Shown: positions 1-9,230 of the stretch, one piece after another
Position numbering within the stretch: the stretch's first letter is position 1
Layout of the letters: every line of letters starts with the position of its first letter
From: Bacteriovoracales bacterium
Lineage (GTDB): Bacteria; Bdellovibrionota; Bacteriovoracia; Bacteriovoracales; Bacteriovoracaceae
Length of the DNA stretch: 64,000 nucleotides
Assembly: GCA_028346125.1 (NCBI GenBank)
Contig: JAOMEV010000002.1
Coordinates: 23,291-87,290, forward strand
Direction: 5' to 3'
Position numbers and translations under genes: made by a program
The notes under the pieces: generated by a model
What the model saw: the letters and a program-made list of their open reading frames with translations, nothing else
Told to the model about the DNA's origin: nothing
Databases searched by the model: none

Positions 1-89
1 CATTAAAAAATTTACTGGGATATTGGATGAGCCTATTGTCCTCGCTGGAGATGAATATACAGCACTATCGACTATCAGAGACTCAGAGG

Positions 90-284
90 TTAACCAAGAT
101 TTAAGCTTTGAGCTAAAAATGTAGATTGGTTAAATAAGAGGGCATTCATATTACAAATTGTATTTTTCCCAAAGGCTTTTAAATGTTCCATTTTTTCTAA
201 CTTTTTGGAGTCCTTGGTTAAATTTCTTAAACAATTTTTGGGCCCCCTCTTTTTTTTTGGACCAGCATATGTAGAGATAACCAT
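90..284 (-). pseudogene. in-frame continuation of the 285..887 frame after the TGA; probable C-terminal remainder of the solute-binding protein (disrupted gene or read-through)
   Basis: ORF 90..284 abuts 285 in the same frame. 200 + 64 aa gives 265 codons including the TGA position, the normal length for this family. A 64-codon open frame is unlikely by chance in AT-rich DNA. Confidence 0.4.
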
Positions 285-887
285 TCACAAAATCATTACC
301 AACAATTTCAAGTTGAATTTTTGAGAGGGAAATTTTCTTCCAATTTTATACTTCATGGCCGAGTAGTTTTCCATGATGACATCAACTTTCTTTTTCTTGA
401 GAAGCCTAAGGGCCTGGGAATCATCACTATATATCAAACTACTAAACTTTTTTTTCGAAAGGGCCTCTTTGAACTTTTGGCCCATACCATATCCCCGAAT
501 TCGACCAATAGTTAAACCATTAAGATCTTCGATTTTTTTGATATTGTATTTGGACTGTGGGAGGGATAAAAAGTGCATTCCAGCGTTAACATTTGTTTTA
601 CTGAATAAAAAATCTTTTTCTCTATCATTTGTACGCCAGCATCCAAGAAGAGCATGGTAAGAAGCTCTTTTCGCTTCTTTAAGGGCCCTGGCCCAAGGCT
701 GAAAAGTGACTTCTAGTTTGTGGCCTTGAGTTTTGAGAACCTCTTTGGTCAGAGCGGTCAGAAAACCACCATTTTCAAGGGATTTTCCGAAAAAAGGTGG
801 CCAACTAACGGTCGTCATTTTTATGAGATCGGCCTTTGTCCCACTAAGTGAGAAAATTAATAAAAGGCCCAAAAGAGTTTTTAACAT
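285..887 (-). CDS. periplasmic solute-binding protein, family-3 (amino-acid ABC type) like; reading frame ends at an in-frame TGA
   Basis: Signal peptide MLKTLLGLLLIFSLSG. SBP_bac_3-like motifs WPPFFG, QPWARAL, FLFSK, EDLNGLTIG. Paralogous in layout to 44898..45689. Only 200 aa versus about 250-270 typical. Confidence 0.6.
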   Translation of the reverse strand: MLKTLLGLLLIFSLSGTKADLIKMTTVSWPPFFGKSLENGGFLTALTKEVLKTQGHKLEVTFQPWARALKEAKRASYHALLGCWRTNDREKDFLFSKTNVNAGMHFLSLPQSKYNIKKIEDLNGLTIGRIRGYGMGQKFKEALSKKKFSSLIYSDDSQALRLLKKKKVDVIMENYSAMKYKIGRKFPSQKFNLKLLVMIL

Positions 888-989
888 ATATTGTCTCCTT
901 TATGACTAACGTCACATTCTAATCGGGAAAAAAAAACTTTTTGTGAGAAAGAAGTTATTCTAAGGTAAAAACCATTAACTCGGGTAAGT

Positions 990-2768
990 CTAAATGATAG
1001 GGAGGATCATACTTCCTAAGGTCTCTCTTAATGTATTAATAATAACGAGGTCTTTGACTTTAAGCTCATTAATGATTGGTTCAAAGTCACTTTTAGTTGA
1101 TTTTTTTATTCTCGTTTTTAACCATTCAAGATCGTCTATATTTTTCTTCATTTGGTAGGCGGCCGAAGCTGCAAATAAAGCGGTTTTATGGTCGAGTGTG
1201 TGAACTTCTTGGGCGGTTTTGAGACAGAGTTCGTCTCTTCCATCGACAAAGCAGGCAAAGACAACGTCTGATTTTCTTTTGTCACTGTTTGTTTGCCCCT
1301 GGGCGATGGGATCGTACTCTAGGGCAAGGATTGTTAAGTCACAGCCTAGTTTTGTATCTCCTGTTTTTAAGAGGGCCTCACCGTATTGTTGAAGTATACG
1401 GGGATCGTTTGGTACGAGGTCGTAGGCCTTCTTCCCATGTTCGAGAGAAAGTCCCATATCACCCGTAACTGAATAAATGGCCGAGAGGAGTCTATGGCAC
1501 TCAAAGTCATTGGGATCAATTTTTATTGCTTGTTGGATGAGGGAGCTACACTCTTTGAAAAGTTCCTCCATGGACATATCACTGAATTGTCTGACCATGG
1601 CCTGTCCGAGGGTGCAGGCCTTCCAAGCACGAGCTTGGGCATTGTCGGGGTCTGAACTTATGGCAGAGTCAAACATTTTTAAGGCCTCTTTGTTGGCCTC
1701 TTTGTTGAATTGATGGTGTAGCTCTTTACCCCTTAAGAGAAATTCATAGGAACTCATATTCTCGGTGGGTTTTCTTTTGGCCCTTTGGAGGCTTAATAAC
1801 TCGATTTCTCCTAGAATTTCTTGGGTGACATTCCTTACGATTTCGTCTTGGACTTCAAAAATATCATCTAGGGCCCTGTCAAATTTTTTACTCCAGAGTA
1901 TTTGGCCGGAGCTTGTTTGGTTGAGGGAAACAGATATTCTGACCTTTTTGCCAGATGACCTGGCGTTTCCTGTGATGAGGTAGCCAACACCAAACTTTTT
2001 TACAAATTCTTCTTCTGAGGCACCGCTTTCAGCAAAGTTAATACTCGACTGTCTCGAAACAATGGAGAGCTGTCTCACCATTGATAATTCTGTTGTTATA
2101 TCTTCAAAGATACCGTCTATAAGAAAGGAGCTGTCTTCGTTTTGATTGAGGTTTTTAAAGGGGAGAACAGAGAGGACAGGTCTTTTTTGTTGGACTTCTG
2201 GTTTCTCAACTTTTTCAACAGGTTTTTTTAGGCCAGAGTTTTTTGTAGAGATGCTAAAAACTTCAAAATCTGAAGAGATATTTTTGAGTATTTTTTTACC
2301 CGCTGCTGTAGATATCGCTTCAATACGGTCTGTAATGACTTCGTTGATGAGTTTCGAAATTAAAACTTCTCCAGGGTGGCACTGGGATTCCAAGCGAGCG
2401 GCTATATTGACACCGTTACCGTAAACATTATCCCCCTCAATGATGACGTCATCGCAGTGAATACCAACTCGCCAATTTAAATTGAGTTTGTCATCAAGTT
2501 GATTTCTGTCAAAAATGGCATTTTGAAAATTGACGGCACAGTGAACGCTTTCAATAGGGCTGTTGAATTCGGCCAAAACAGAGTCACCTGCTGTGTGGAA
2601 TATAACGCCGCCGTGTTTTTCAATAAAGGAATCGATAATTTCTCTGCAGGCCTTAAGACTTTCTAAGGTGCCGACTTCATTTTCAGACATGTGTTTACTA
2701 AATCCAACACAATCAGTTGCTAGAATGGTTGCAAAGCGTCTTCTAGTCGACTCCATTATTGACTCCAA
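990..2768 (-). CDS. class III adenylate/guanylate cyclase with C-terminal TolB-N-like and TPR region
   Basis: N-terminal cyclase homology domain: ILATDCVGFS, HTAGDSVLAEF, RVGIHCDDV, YGNGVNIAARLES. Metal Asp pair, Asn and Arg are all present. The C-terminal half is helical-repeat (TPR-like). Confidence 0.8.
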   Translation of the reverse strand: MESIMESTRRRFATILATDCVGFSKHMSENEVGTLESLKACREIIDSFIEKHGGVIFHTAGDSVLAEFNSPIESVHCAVNFQNAIFDRNQLDDKLNLNWRVGIHCDDVIIEGDNVYGNGVNIAARLESQCHPGEVLISKLINEVITDRIEAISTAAGKKILKNISSDFEVFSISTKNSGLKKPVEKVEKPEVQQKRPVLSVLPFKNLNQNEDSSFLIDGIFEDITTELSMVRQLSIVSRQSSINFAESGASEEEFVKKFGVGYLITGNARSSGKKVRISVSLNQTSSGQILWSKKFDRALDDIFEVQDEIVRNVTQEILGEIELLSLQRAKRKPTENMSSYEFLLRGKELHHQFNKEANKEALKMFDSAISSDPDNAQARAWKACTLGQAMVRQFSDMSMEELFKECSSLIQQAIKIDPNDFECHRLLSAIYSVTGDMGLSLEHGKKAYDLVPNDPRILQQYGEALLKTGDTKLGCDLTILALEYDPIAQGQTNSDKRKSDVVFACFVDGRDELCLKTAQEVHTLDHKTALFAASAAYQMKKNIDDLEWLKTRIKKSTKSDFEPIINELKVKDLVIINTLRETLGSMILPII

Positions 2769-2961
2769 TCAGAATGTAAAAGACGCCATTATAATTTAAA
2801 GGAAGCGTCTGTGCAATCGGGACTACATAAAATTTATTTGGTGATTGATTTATTGACAGCTGTCAAAATAATAACCCAATTTGAAGGTAGGTACCTATAA
2901 TTTTCAGGTAGTTAGAAGCTTGGTTTTGATTTTGCAATTATCAATTTATCGGGAGGATAAT

Positions 2962-4599
2962 ATGTCAAAAAAAGCTTTTGTATCTTTATTTCTACTTCTG
3001 CTTGTTTCTTGTGGAAAAAAAGAACAGGCCACATCTTTTTGTGGAAGTTCTGTTGTTAACGGTAAAGAAGTCAAAGAAAATGTAACATTGGAAGTTTCTA
3101 AAAATAAATGTGGAGTTTCCTTAAAAATGAATGGGAGTTTCCCCTCTGTCGTTTCTCTTAAAACCTCACATGGATTATGTACGGGAACCTTTATAAATGA
3201 CCATACGATCCTTACAGCGGCCCATTGTTTTTCAGATAACTTTAATGTGGATTCGAATGGGCAGGTTGATGTTGCTGTTTCCATCAAGGAAAAAAAGGCA
3301 GTTTCAACTCAGGTGATTATAAACCAAAAATATTTTTTAGAAGAGAAAAATTATAAATACGACCAAGCTCTTATTTTTGTTCCCAAGGGAACATCTAAAG
3401 ATTCACTTGAATTATATGAAGGTGCCATTGAGGAAAAGGGCCAGATTTATTCCGTGGGTTTTGGAAATAACAAAAAAGAGAACGGAAGACTTGTCGGTTC
3501 CGGTAAAAAAAGATGGGGAACAAATGTCATTGAAGAAATCAAAGATAATTTCATTATCCTTGATGGAACTTCTATAAATGAAAAAAATGGTGAGGATGTC
3601 TCCATCGGTCAAGGTGATTCTGGTGGACCTCTTATTTATAAAAATAAGGTTCTAGGAATAGCTTCTAATATTATTATCAAAGAAAGAATTACTTCAACGT
3701 ATGTCAAAATTGATAGTGTTGAAACAAAAAAGTTTTTGAAAAAGGCACTTTCACTTTATAATCCCAATTTTAAAAATAATCAGGATGCATTTTTAAAGCT
3801 ATGTAAAAACCCTAAGCTAAAAACGAATTACTATAAAAACTTAATGGGAAAAATTTTAACCGCCTATAATTTAAAAAAATGTGAAGATCTTTCTTATCAT
3901 TATCCTCTGTATAGGAGCTTAGATCTTTCCTCTGTGGATTTGAAAAAAATTAATGATGATAAACTATTGGATGGTATAAAGCTTTTTAAAAATCTAAGGC
4001 TTCTTAAGCTCAACAATACAGGATTGAAAAGCTTAGACCTTTTTAAAAAGATGAAAGATTTAGAGGAATTAGAAATTAAAAATAACCCTTTTGAAGACTT
4101 TGATTCAATAAACCATTTTAAAAAACTGAAAACGATTCAATTAGATAACAAAAGTATTTTAAAAGATCATCCTATAACGGGTTTAAATTTACAGGGTAAA
4201 TGGTTAAAAAAGTGTCATTTTTCTGAAGACTACAAGGTTTATGTCATTGAGGAAAGTGTATTTAGCTCGATTTTAACAGTGACGCTGAATTTCTTCAATG
4301 ATGAAAAATGCACTAAAAAAGTTGTGGCCATGGAACTTAGTTCCAATTTTAAAGTTAGAACTAAAAATGAAAATTATAGCGAGATAGATCTCCATTTATT
4401 TCATATGAAAAAGATCGACTTTTATGAAGATGGTAGTAAAAAAGAGGACGAGTGGCCCTTAAACAATAGAAAATACCAAATTATTAAAATTAAAGGTAAT
4501 CATTTGATAAATGGAAATTCAAAAGGCCAAAACAACGATCAAAGAAGGTTAAGGCCAAAGAGCTTAAATAATAATGAACATTACCTCAGAGTTATCTAA
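2962..4599 (+). CDS. secreted lipoprotein: trypsin-like S1 serine protease fused to leucine-rich repeats and an extra C-terminal domain
   Basis: Start moved to ATG 2962, with GGGAGGA at 2951..2957 upstream. Lipobox LLLLVSCGKK. Catalytic motifs LTAAHCF, YDQALI, GDSGGPL. LRR segment LRLLKLNNTGLKSLDLFKKMKDLEELEIKNNPFEDFDSINHFKKLKTIQLDNKSI. Confidence 0.8.
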   Translation: MSKKAFVSLFLLLLVSCGKKEQATSFCGSSVVNGKEVKENVTLEVSKNKCGVSLKMNGSFPSVVSLKTSHGLCTGTFINDHTILTAAHCFSDNFNVDSNGQVDVAVSIKEKKAVSTQVIINQKYFLEEKNYKYDQALIFVPKGTSKDSLELYEGAIEEKGQIYSVGFGNNKKENGRLVGSGKKRWGTNVIEEIKDNFIILDGTSINEKNGEDVSIGQGDSGGPLIYKNKVLGIASNIIIKERITSTYVKIDSVETKKFLKKALSLYNPNFKNNQDAFLKLCKNPKLKTNYYKNLMGKILTAYNLKKCEDLSYHYPLYRSLDLSSVDLKKINDDKLLDGIKLFKNLRLLKLNNTGLKSLDLFKKMKDLEELEIKNNPFEDFDSINHFKKLKTIQLDNKSILKDHPITGLNLQGKWLKKCHFSEDYKVYVIEESVFSSILTVTLNFFNDEKCTKKVVAMELSSNFKVRTKNENYSEIDLHLFHMKKIDFYEDGSKKEDEWPLNNRKYQIIKIKGNHLINGNSKGQNNDQRRLRPKSLNNNEHYLRVI

Positions 4600-5060
4600 T
4601 AAAATAATCTTTTAAGACAAGGAAGTCTTTATGAAATAATTAAAAAAACAACCACTAAAAGTTTATAAATATAAACTCTTTATCAGTAAAATTATTAGAA
4701 TAAATTCAATGGCCTTTCGGTCTTCTTCTTTAAGTCTGTCATGAGTCTTCTTAAGCCTGTTTTTGAAAGGTATTTTAGATATTAAAAGCTAGAAAGGAGA
4801 GGCGATTAAAAAAGGAATTAAACTGAGGTTTTTATTCAAAAAAAATTGCAACTTATAATGGCCTCTTTTACAAACACAGAGGGTATGCTCTCTAATAATA
4901 AGGCCATTTTTAAAAAAATATTGAAGGGGAGCATGCTCTTAATGAACTGTCTAAAGTAGGTATAGGGTCTGAGGTTAAGTTTCATTATATGAGTGGATTT
5001 GAAAAATTAGTTCAGGAAAAAGTTAATAACCTAAATAATTATAAAAGAACTCTTTTATAA

Positions 5061-7589
5061 TTATTTAGGCTTCTTTAAATCCATATAGGGTTTGAATAGA
5101 TTATTTCTAAGGTCATGGGATGTAATGACATCCGTTTTCGGTAAAGCTTTGATTGAATCGATGAAGTGCTCGTAAAGATAGTGCATTTTCATTTTGCCTT
5201 TTACAAAATGGAGAAGAGAAAGGAGTTTAACTTTTTGATAAATGATGGCCTTATTTGCTTCAAAGTTTTTACGATTATTTGTTCTCACATTATCGGCGGC
5301 CTTTTCATATTCTGGTTCTTGTATAGTTTGAAGGTCCTTGCTATGAATAATAAGTGTGTATTCCATAAGATTGGAAAATTGTGCGTCGAGGACACTTTTT
5401 GTATTTTTAATAATATCAGAAATTTCGGTATCCAATTTAATTTTAATTCCAAATGTATTTAATTCATCAGTGTATTTTAAAAGTGAGGCAAGAATTGAGG
5501 AAATGCTGTCCGAGACGCCGATAATGGAAGAAAGTGGAATATGGCCGATTTGTTCTGAAGTGGACTTTAAAAGCACCAAATGTTTTTCTATCTCTTCTAC
5601 TTTTGAAGCGCACTCATTTCTTAAGATATCTGTGGGGAGGTGAGAGATAATGTGCCAGGCATCGCTTTTGACATTCGAAATAATTGAATCTGGGTTACTT
5701 GTTTCAATCGCTGGACTCGAGAGGTCCTCTAAGAGGTAAAAGCATATTTTGATTGAATTTTTTAAGGGGAGAATTAAAGAAAGCCTTTCTTTTTCCTCCG
5801 TATGAAGAATGTCTTTAAGGAAGCGGTAACTAAGAGATTCCTCTATGGCCCTTTTAAATCTTTCGATTTCCATTGTTTTATCTTCGGCCAAGCAAAGAAT
5901 TTTAACAACCTTTTTGTCTTCCGCGAAAATGGGTGAGTAATGCAATTTTAATATTTTTTTCTCAGATTCTTTGGTGGCAAGCTCTAATTGTGAAGGGAGG
6001 GATGACTTAAAAGAATTAAAAAATGTTTCATCCTGGCCGAAAACCTTTATGAGGTTTTTTCTGAGCTCTTCAAATCTTCCTGATCCAAGTTTTAGGTTGG
6101 GGTAGAGAATATGACTTAGCTTCTCATTTAAAATGTCTTGCTGAAAAAGATGATTGGCAAAACTCGAAATGGGATCCAAAATAATTCCTGTTTGGTTAAA
6201 GGCAAAAAAGGCCTGTTGGGAAACGGCCAAAAGGGACGCTATTTCCTGGGTTCTTTCTTTTATCAGCTTATCCATGTCTTTATTAAGGTTTTTCAAGTCA
6301 TAGCTAAGCATGGATATTTCGTTAAAACTATCAGTGACTGTTTTCCTTAATTTTCTCTCTTCAAAAAGAGATTCCTTTAGACTTATGGAAAGTTGTGCGG
6401 ATGTTTCATAAGCTTGGTTAAATTTTATTGAAAGGACGTAACTTTGGATAAATACAAAAAAGGATAAAGTTATGGGCACAAAGGAGTTTTCTGTATGTAA
6501 AAAGAAATTGATATATAACTCGTAAAGGAAACCTATAAAGAAAACGGTGCAACCCAATAATATAATTCTTGATGCTGGATAGCTATGATAAGAAAATATA
6601 AGGAGTCTTGTTAGAATAATTAAAGAGTTAATAAGAGTTATGAGTAAAACGAAAAATAATACGGCCTTTTGAGTAAAAAATGATGGGGGTCCAAAAAGGC
6701 AAAAGGGTAGAAATAAAAGAGCGATAATAAAGTTTATATTTTTTAATTTGAGAAAAAAATTATCTCTAAAGAGATGGCCCAAGTTCCCAGTTATTAAAGT
6801 GGAGAAAAAGACTAAAGCGGTAAACTCCAAAGAGAGTAAAATATTAAAAGCACTTGCGTCTGTCTGTACAAAATAGCTATCGAGGTAATGGCCTGAGCTT
6901 TTGCCACTTAATTGCCATATGAGCATATTCAAACAAAAGAGACTAAAGAATAAGGAGGCCATATTAGATTTTCTTTGGGCAAAAATAGCAAGATGATAAA
7001 GTCCCATGATAAATAAAATTCCCATCACAAAAGAATTAAAGAAACCTTTGTGATGGAGATCTCTTTTGATGTTTTCTTTTGATCCAAGAAAAGGGTTTTG
7101 AACGTGGCCATTTCGATAATGGAAGTTGGAAATATGTATGACGATCCATGTGGAGGAACTTGGGGCAAGAACGCTGGTAACAATTCCAAGCTGGGGAATT
7201 TCCTCTTTAGCGCTTTTACCCACTTTTCCAACTTTAAAAAGGCCTTTGACACCCTTTGAATTGACTGCGAAGGTATCCTGAGCAGATGATATAATATTGC
7301 CTTGAAGAGTCATTTCATTGACAAGGCCTTCAATTTTAAGAAGTAGGGTTCCATACCCAAATCGAGGAATGACGACTCCGGGAATTTGAACAAAATTTCC
7401 TTTAGGGGGACTTGTTGCTTTTATCAGGGTTTGAGGGTCAATGAATTTATTCTTATAAAAACGCCATTGCCCTTTTAGAGAAAAACTTTTCAATGTCTTT
7501 TTAGGAAGTTTTAAAACTCCTCTCACAACAGAGGCCTTCATTTCAAAGGCGACTAAACAAAAAATGATAAATAAATAGATTCTATACAT
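5061..7589 (-). CDS. 7TMR-DISM-type receptor (extracellular DISMED2-like domain + 7 TM) with coiled coil, PAS-like segment and an uncharacterised helical C-terminal module; no recognisable catalytic output
   Basis: Signal peptide, then VLKLPKKTLKSFSLKGQWRFYKNKFI (DISMED2-like entry motif) and about 7 hydrophobic helices. Then ERTQEI signalling helix, QAFFAFNQTGIILDPISSFANHLF, and C-terminal NLMEYTLIIHS...LFKPYMDL. No HisKA/HATPase, GGDEF, EAL, PP2C or cyclase motifs seen. Confidence 0.7.
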   Translation of the reverse strand: MYRIYLFIIFCLVAFEMKASVVRGVLKLPKKTLKSFSLKGQWRFYKNKFIDPQTLIKATSPPKGNFVQIPGVVIPRFGYGTLLLKIEGLVNEMTLQGNIISSAQDTFAVNSKGVKGLFKVGKVGKSAKEEIPQLGIVTSVLAPSSSTWIVIHISNFHYRNGHVQNPFLGSKENIKRDLHHKGFFNSFVMGILFIMGLYHLAIFAQRKSNMASLFFSLFCLNMLIWQLSGKSSGHYLDSYFVQTDASAFNILLSLEFTALVFFSTLITGNLGHLFRDNFFLKLKNINFIIALLFLPFCLFGPPSFFTQKAVLFFVLLITLINSLIILTRLLIFSYHSYPASRIILLGCTVFFIGFLYELYINFFLHTENSFVPITLSFFVFIQSYVLSIKFNQAYETSAQLSISLKESLFEERKLRKTVTDSFNEISMLSYDLKNLNKDMDKLIKERTQEIASLLAVSQQAFFAFNQTGIILDPISSFANHLFQQDILNEKLSHILYPNLKLGSGRFEELRKNLIKVFGQDETFFNSFKSSLPSQLELATKESEKKILKLHYSPIFAEDKKVVKILCLAEDKTMEIERFKRAIEESLSYRFLKDILHTEEKERLSLILPLKNSIKICFYLLEDLSSPAIETSNPDSIISNVKSDAWHIISHLPTDILRNECASKVEEIEKHLVLLKSTSEQIGHIPLSSIIGVSDSISSILASLLKYTDELNTFGIKIKLDTEISDIIKNTKSVLDAQFSNLMEYTLIIHSKDLQTIQEPEYEKAADNVRTNNRKNFEANKAIIYQKVKLLSLLHFVKGKMKMHYLYEHFIDSIKALPKTDVITSHDLRNNLFKPYMDLKKPK

Positions 7590-7694
7590 AGTTATATAGT
7601 CGGCAGTTTCACTCAGTTAATAAAGCAAACACTATTTGTGGTAATGGATTTAAAGGACAGACCGATAAAGACAAAAATTTTAAAGTGAGGAACG

Positions 7695-8180
7695 ATGGTT
7701 TCTTATCCGGTGTACCCTGAAGAAAACAGGTTTATTTTTACGGGACTTTTTGTCGGGGCTTCGGTGGTTTTGATCATTCTGGCCTTTGTCGTTTCTTATT
7801 TTGAATCTCCTAAAGAAAATAGAAGTTGGTCCCTTACTCCCTTAATAAAACAGAGGTTAATAGGTTTTATTTTTATGTTTATGGGGTTTTATTTTGCTTT
7901 CACTTATCTCACTATGAAAACGATTTTTATTAACAAGGAAAAGAAGGAATTTACTTTGGCCAAAACTCTTTTTGGTAATCCTATTCAGGAGAAAAAATAT
8001 CAAATGAGTTTTGTCCAGGAAATTTCCATTGTACAAACAAATATTGATATTGTTTATGAAGTGATCCTAATGGGCGGGGCATTTCAGCTACCTCTGGGAA
8101 AAGGGGAAATTGAATACGCTGAAAAGTTAGGAAAAAACCTTAGTCGTGAATTTGGTGTCCCTGTAAAAAGAAGGCCTTAA
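7695..8180 (+). CDS. small 2-TM membrane protein, copy 1 of a tandem triplication
   Basis: Shares YPVYPE, GFYFAF, INKEKKEF, KTLFG, LGKGEIEYAEKLG, GVPVKRR with the next two ORFs. Its stop overlaps the next start (TAATG at 8178..8182). Confidence 0.65.
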   Translation: MVSYPVYPEENRFIFTGLFVGASVVLIILAFVVSYFESPKENRSWSLTPLIKQRLIGFIFMFMGFYFAFTYLTMKTIFINKEKKEFTLAKTLFGNPIQEKKYQMSFVQEISIVQTNIDIVYEVILMGGAFQLPLGKGEIEYAEKLGKNLSREFGVPVKRRP

Positions 8181-8677
8181 TGATGAATACTTATCCTCTT
8201 TACCCTGAAAAACATAGAAAAATGTGTGCCTACGTTATGGTGGGTACGGTTATTTTTATGTTGGTGTTTACTCTTATTTTTTCTTATTTAACACCTTTAC
8301 GAGGTATCCCCTCAGAAGTGATCCATAAACTTGTGAGTTTTTCTTTTTTCTTTTTTGGCTTTTATCTCTGTTTTTCCTTTTTTGTTTTTAAAACCCTTGT
8401 CATAGAAAAAGAAAAAAGAAAATTCTATGTTTGCCGTACTTTAATGGGAAAGATTATATTTAAAAAACCTTATAAATTAAAAAGTGCCAAGGCCGTGATT
8501 GTCTCTCCAAACCCCAAGATTAAGAGTCTTTACAAGGTCACGCTTGAAGGTAAACGCCTCAAACTTTTTTTAGGAAAGGGAACGGTGGAGTTTGCTGAAG
8601 AACTTGGAATGAAAGTTTGTGATGACCTTGGTGTCTCTCTTCAAAAAGTCTCTTCAAAAAAGAAATCTTCGAAATAA
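8180..8677 (+). CDS. small 2-TM membrane protein, copy 2 of a tandem triplication
   Basis: YPLYPE, GFYLCF, IEKEKRKF, RTLMGK, LGKGTVEFAEELG, GVSLQK. Same length class and topology as its neighbours. Confidence 0.65.
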   Translation: MMNTYPLYPEKHRKMCAYVMVGTVIFMLVFTLIFSYLTPLRGIPSEVIHKLVSFSFFFFGFYLCFSFFVFKTLVIEKEKRKFYVCRTLMGKIIFKKPYKLKSAKAVIVSPNPKIKSLYKVTLEGKRLKLFLGKGTVEFAEELGMKVCDDLGVSLQKVSSKKKSSK

Positions 8678-8686
8678 GGAAAGCGT

Positions 8687-9148
8687 ATGATCTTCTATCC
8701 ACTTTACTCTGAGTCTCAAAGAAGAATTTTTAAATTCGTTTTTTTTGGCGCGATTGTAGGTATGGCCTTGGGCGCTGCTGTGATCAGCTATCTTTATCCA
8801 AGCTCTCAAGGAATTGGACAACAGCTTTTTCAGTTTTGTTGTATGCTGATGGGTTTTTATGTCGCCTTTTCTTATTTTAATTTTCATACTCTTGTTGTTG
8901 AAAAAGAAAAGAAAGAGTTTCATATATGTAAAACTTTATTTGGTAAGATTCTTCAAAAAAGAACATTTAGGATTAAAGATGCCAAAGAAGTTATTATCGG
9001 GCCTACTCCTATAAATACTGTTTATGATATCACTTTGAAAGGTAAGGGCTATGAGCTCTTTCTCGCCAAAGGGGAGCAAGAATTTATTAATGAGCTCGGT
9101 ACTGGCCTGATTCGAGACCTTGGAGTGACCCTTAAAAAAAGATCTTAG
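8687..9148 (+). CDS. small 2-TM membrane protein, copy 3 of a tandem triplication
   Basis: YPLYSE, GFYVAF, VEKEKKEF, KTLFGK, LAKGEQEFINELG, GVTLKKR. AAGGAAAG lies upstream of the ATG. Confidence 0.65.
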   Translation: MIFYPLYSESQRRIFKFVFFGAIVGMALGAAVISYLYPSSQGIGQQLFQFCCMLMGFYVAFSYFNFHTLVVEKEKKEFHICKTLFGKILQKRTFRIKDAKEVIIGPTPINTVYDITLKGKGYELFLAKGEQEFINELGTGLIRDLGVTLKKRS

Positions 9149-9230
9149 TGTTCCTTGTTAGATAAAAAACTACATTTTTAGTCAGGAGATGCCGAAAGGT
9201 AAAACAGAGTTTTATTTACTGGAGTCGTGA

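Noticed and set aside
285-287. Possibility that the in-frame TGA reflects an alternative genetic code (TGA = Trp or Gly) or selenocysteine.
   Set aside because: TGA ends many conserved genes at their expected C-termini (thyA, rpsN, murI, the receiver at 18562..18564). No SECIS-like context was evident. A nonsense mutation or read-through is more plausible.
2881-2961. N-terminal extensions offered by the ORF track (2881 for the protease, 44805 for the solute-binding protein, 34137 for the aspartoacylase-family gene, 17457 and 38174).
   Set aside because: Internal ATG codons preceded by good Shine-Dalgarno sequences give proper signal peptides or family-typical N-termini. The longer forms would bury signal peptides or eliminate divergent promoter space.
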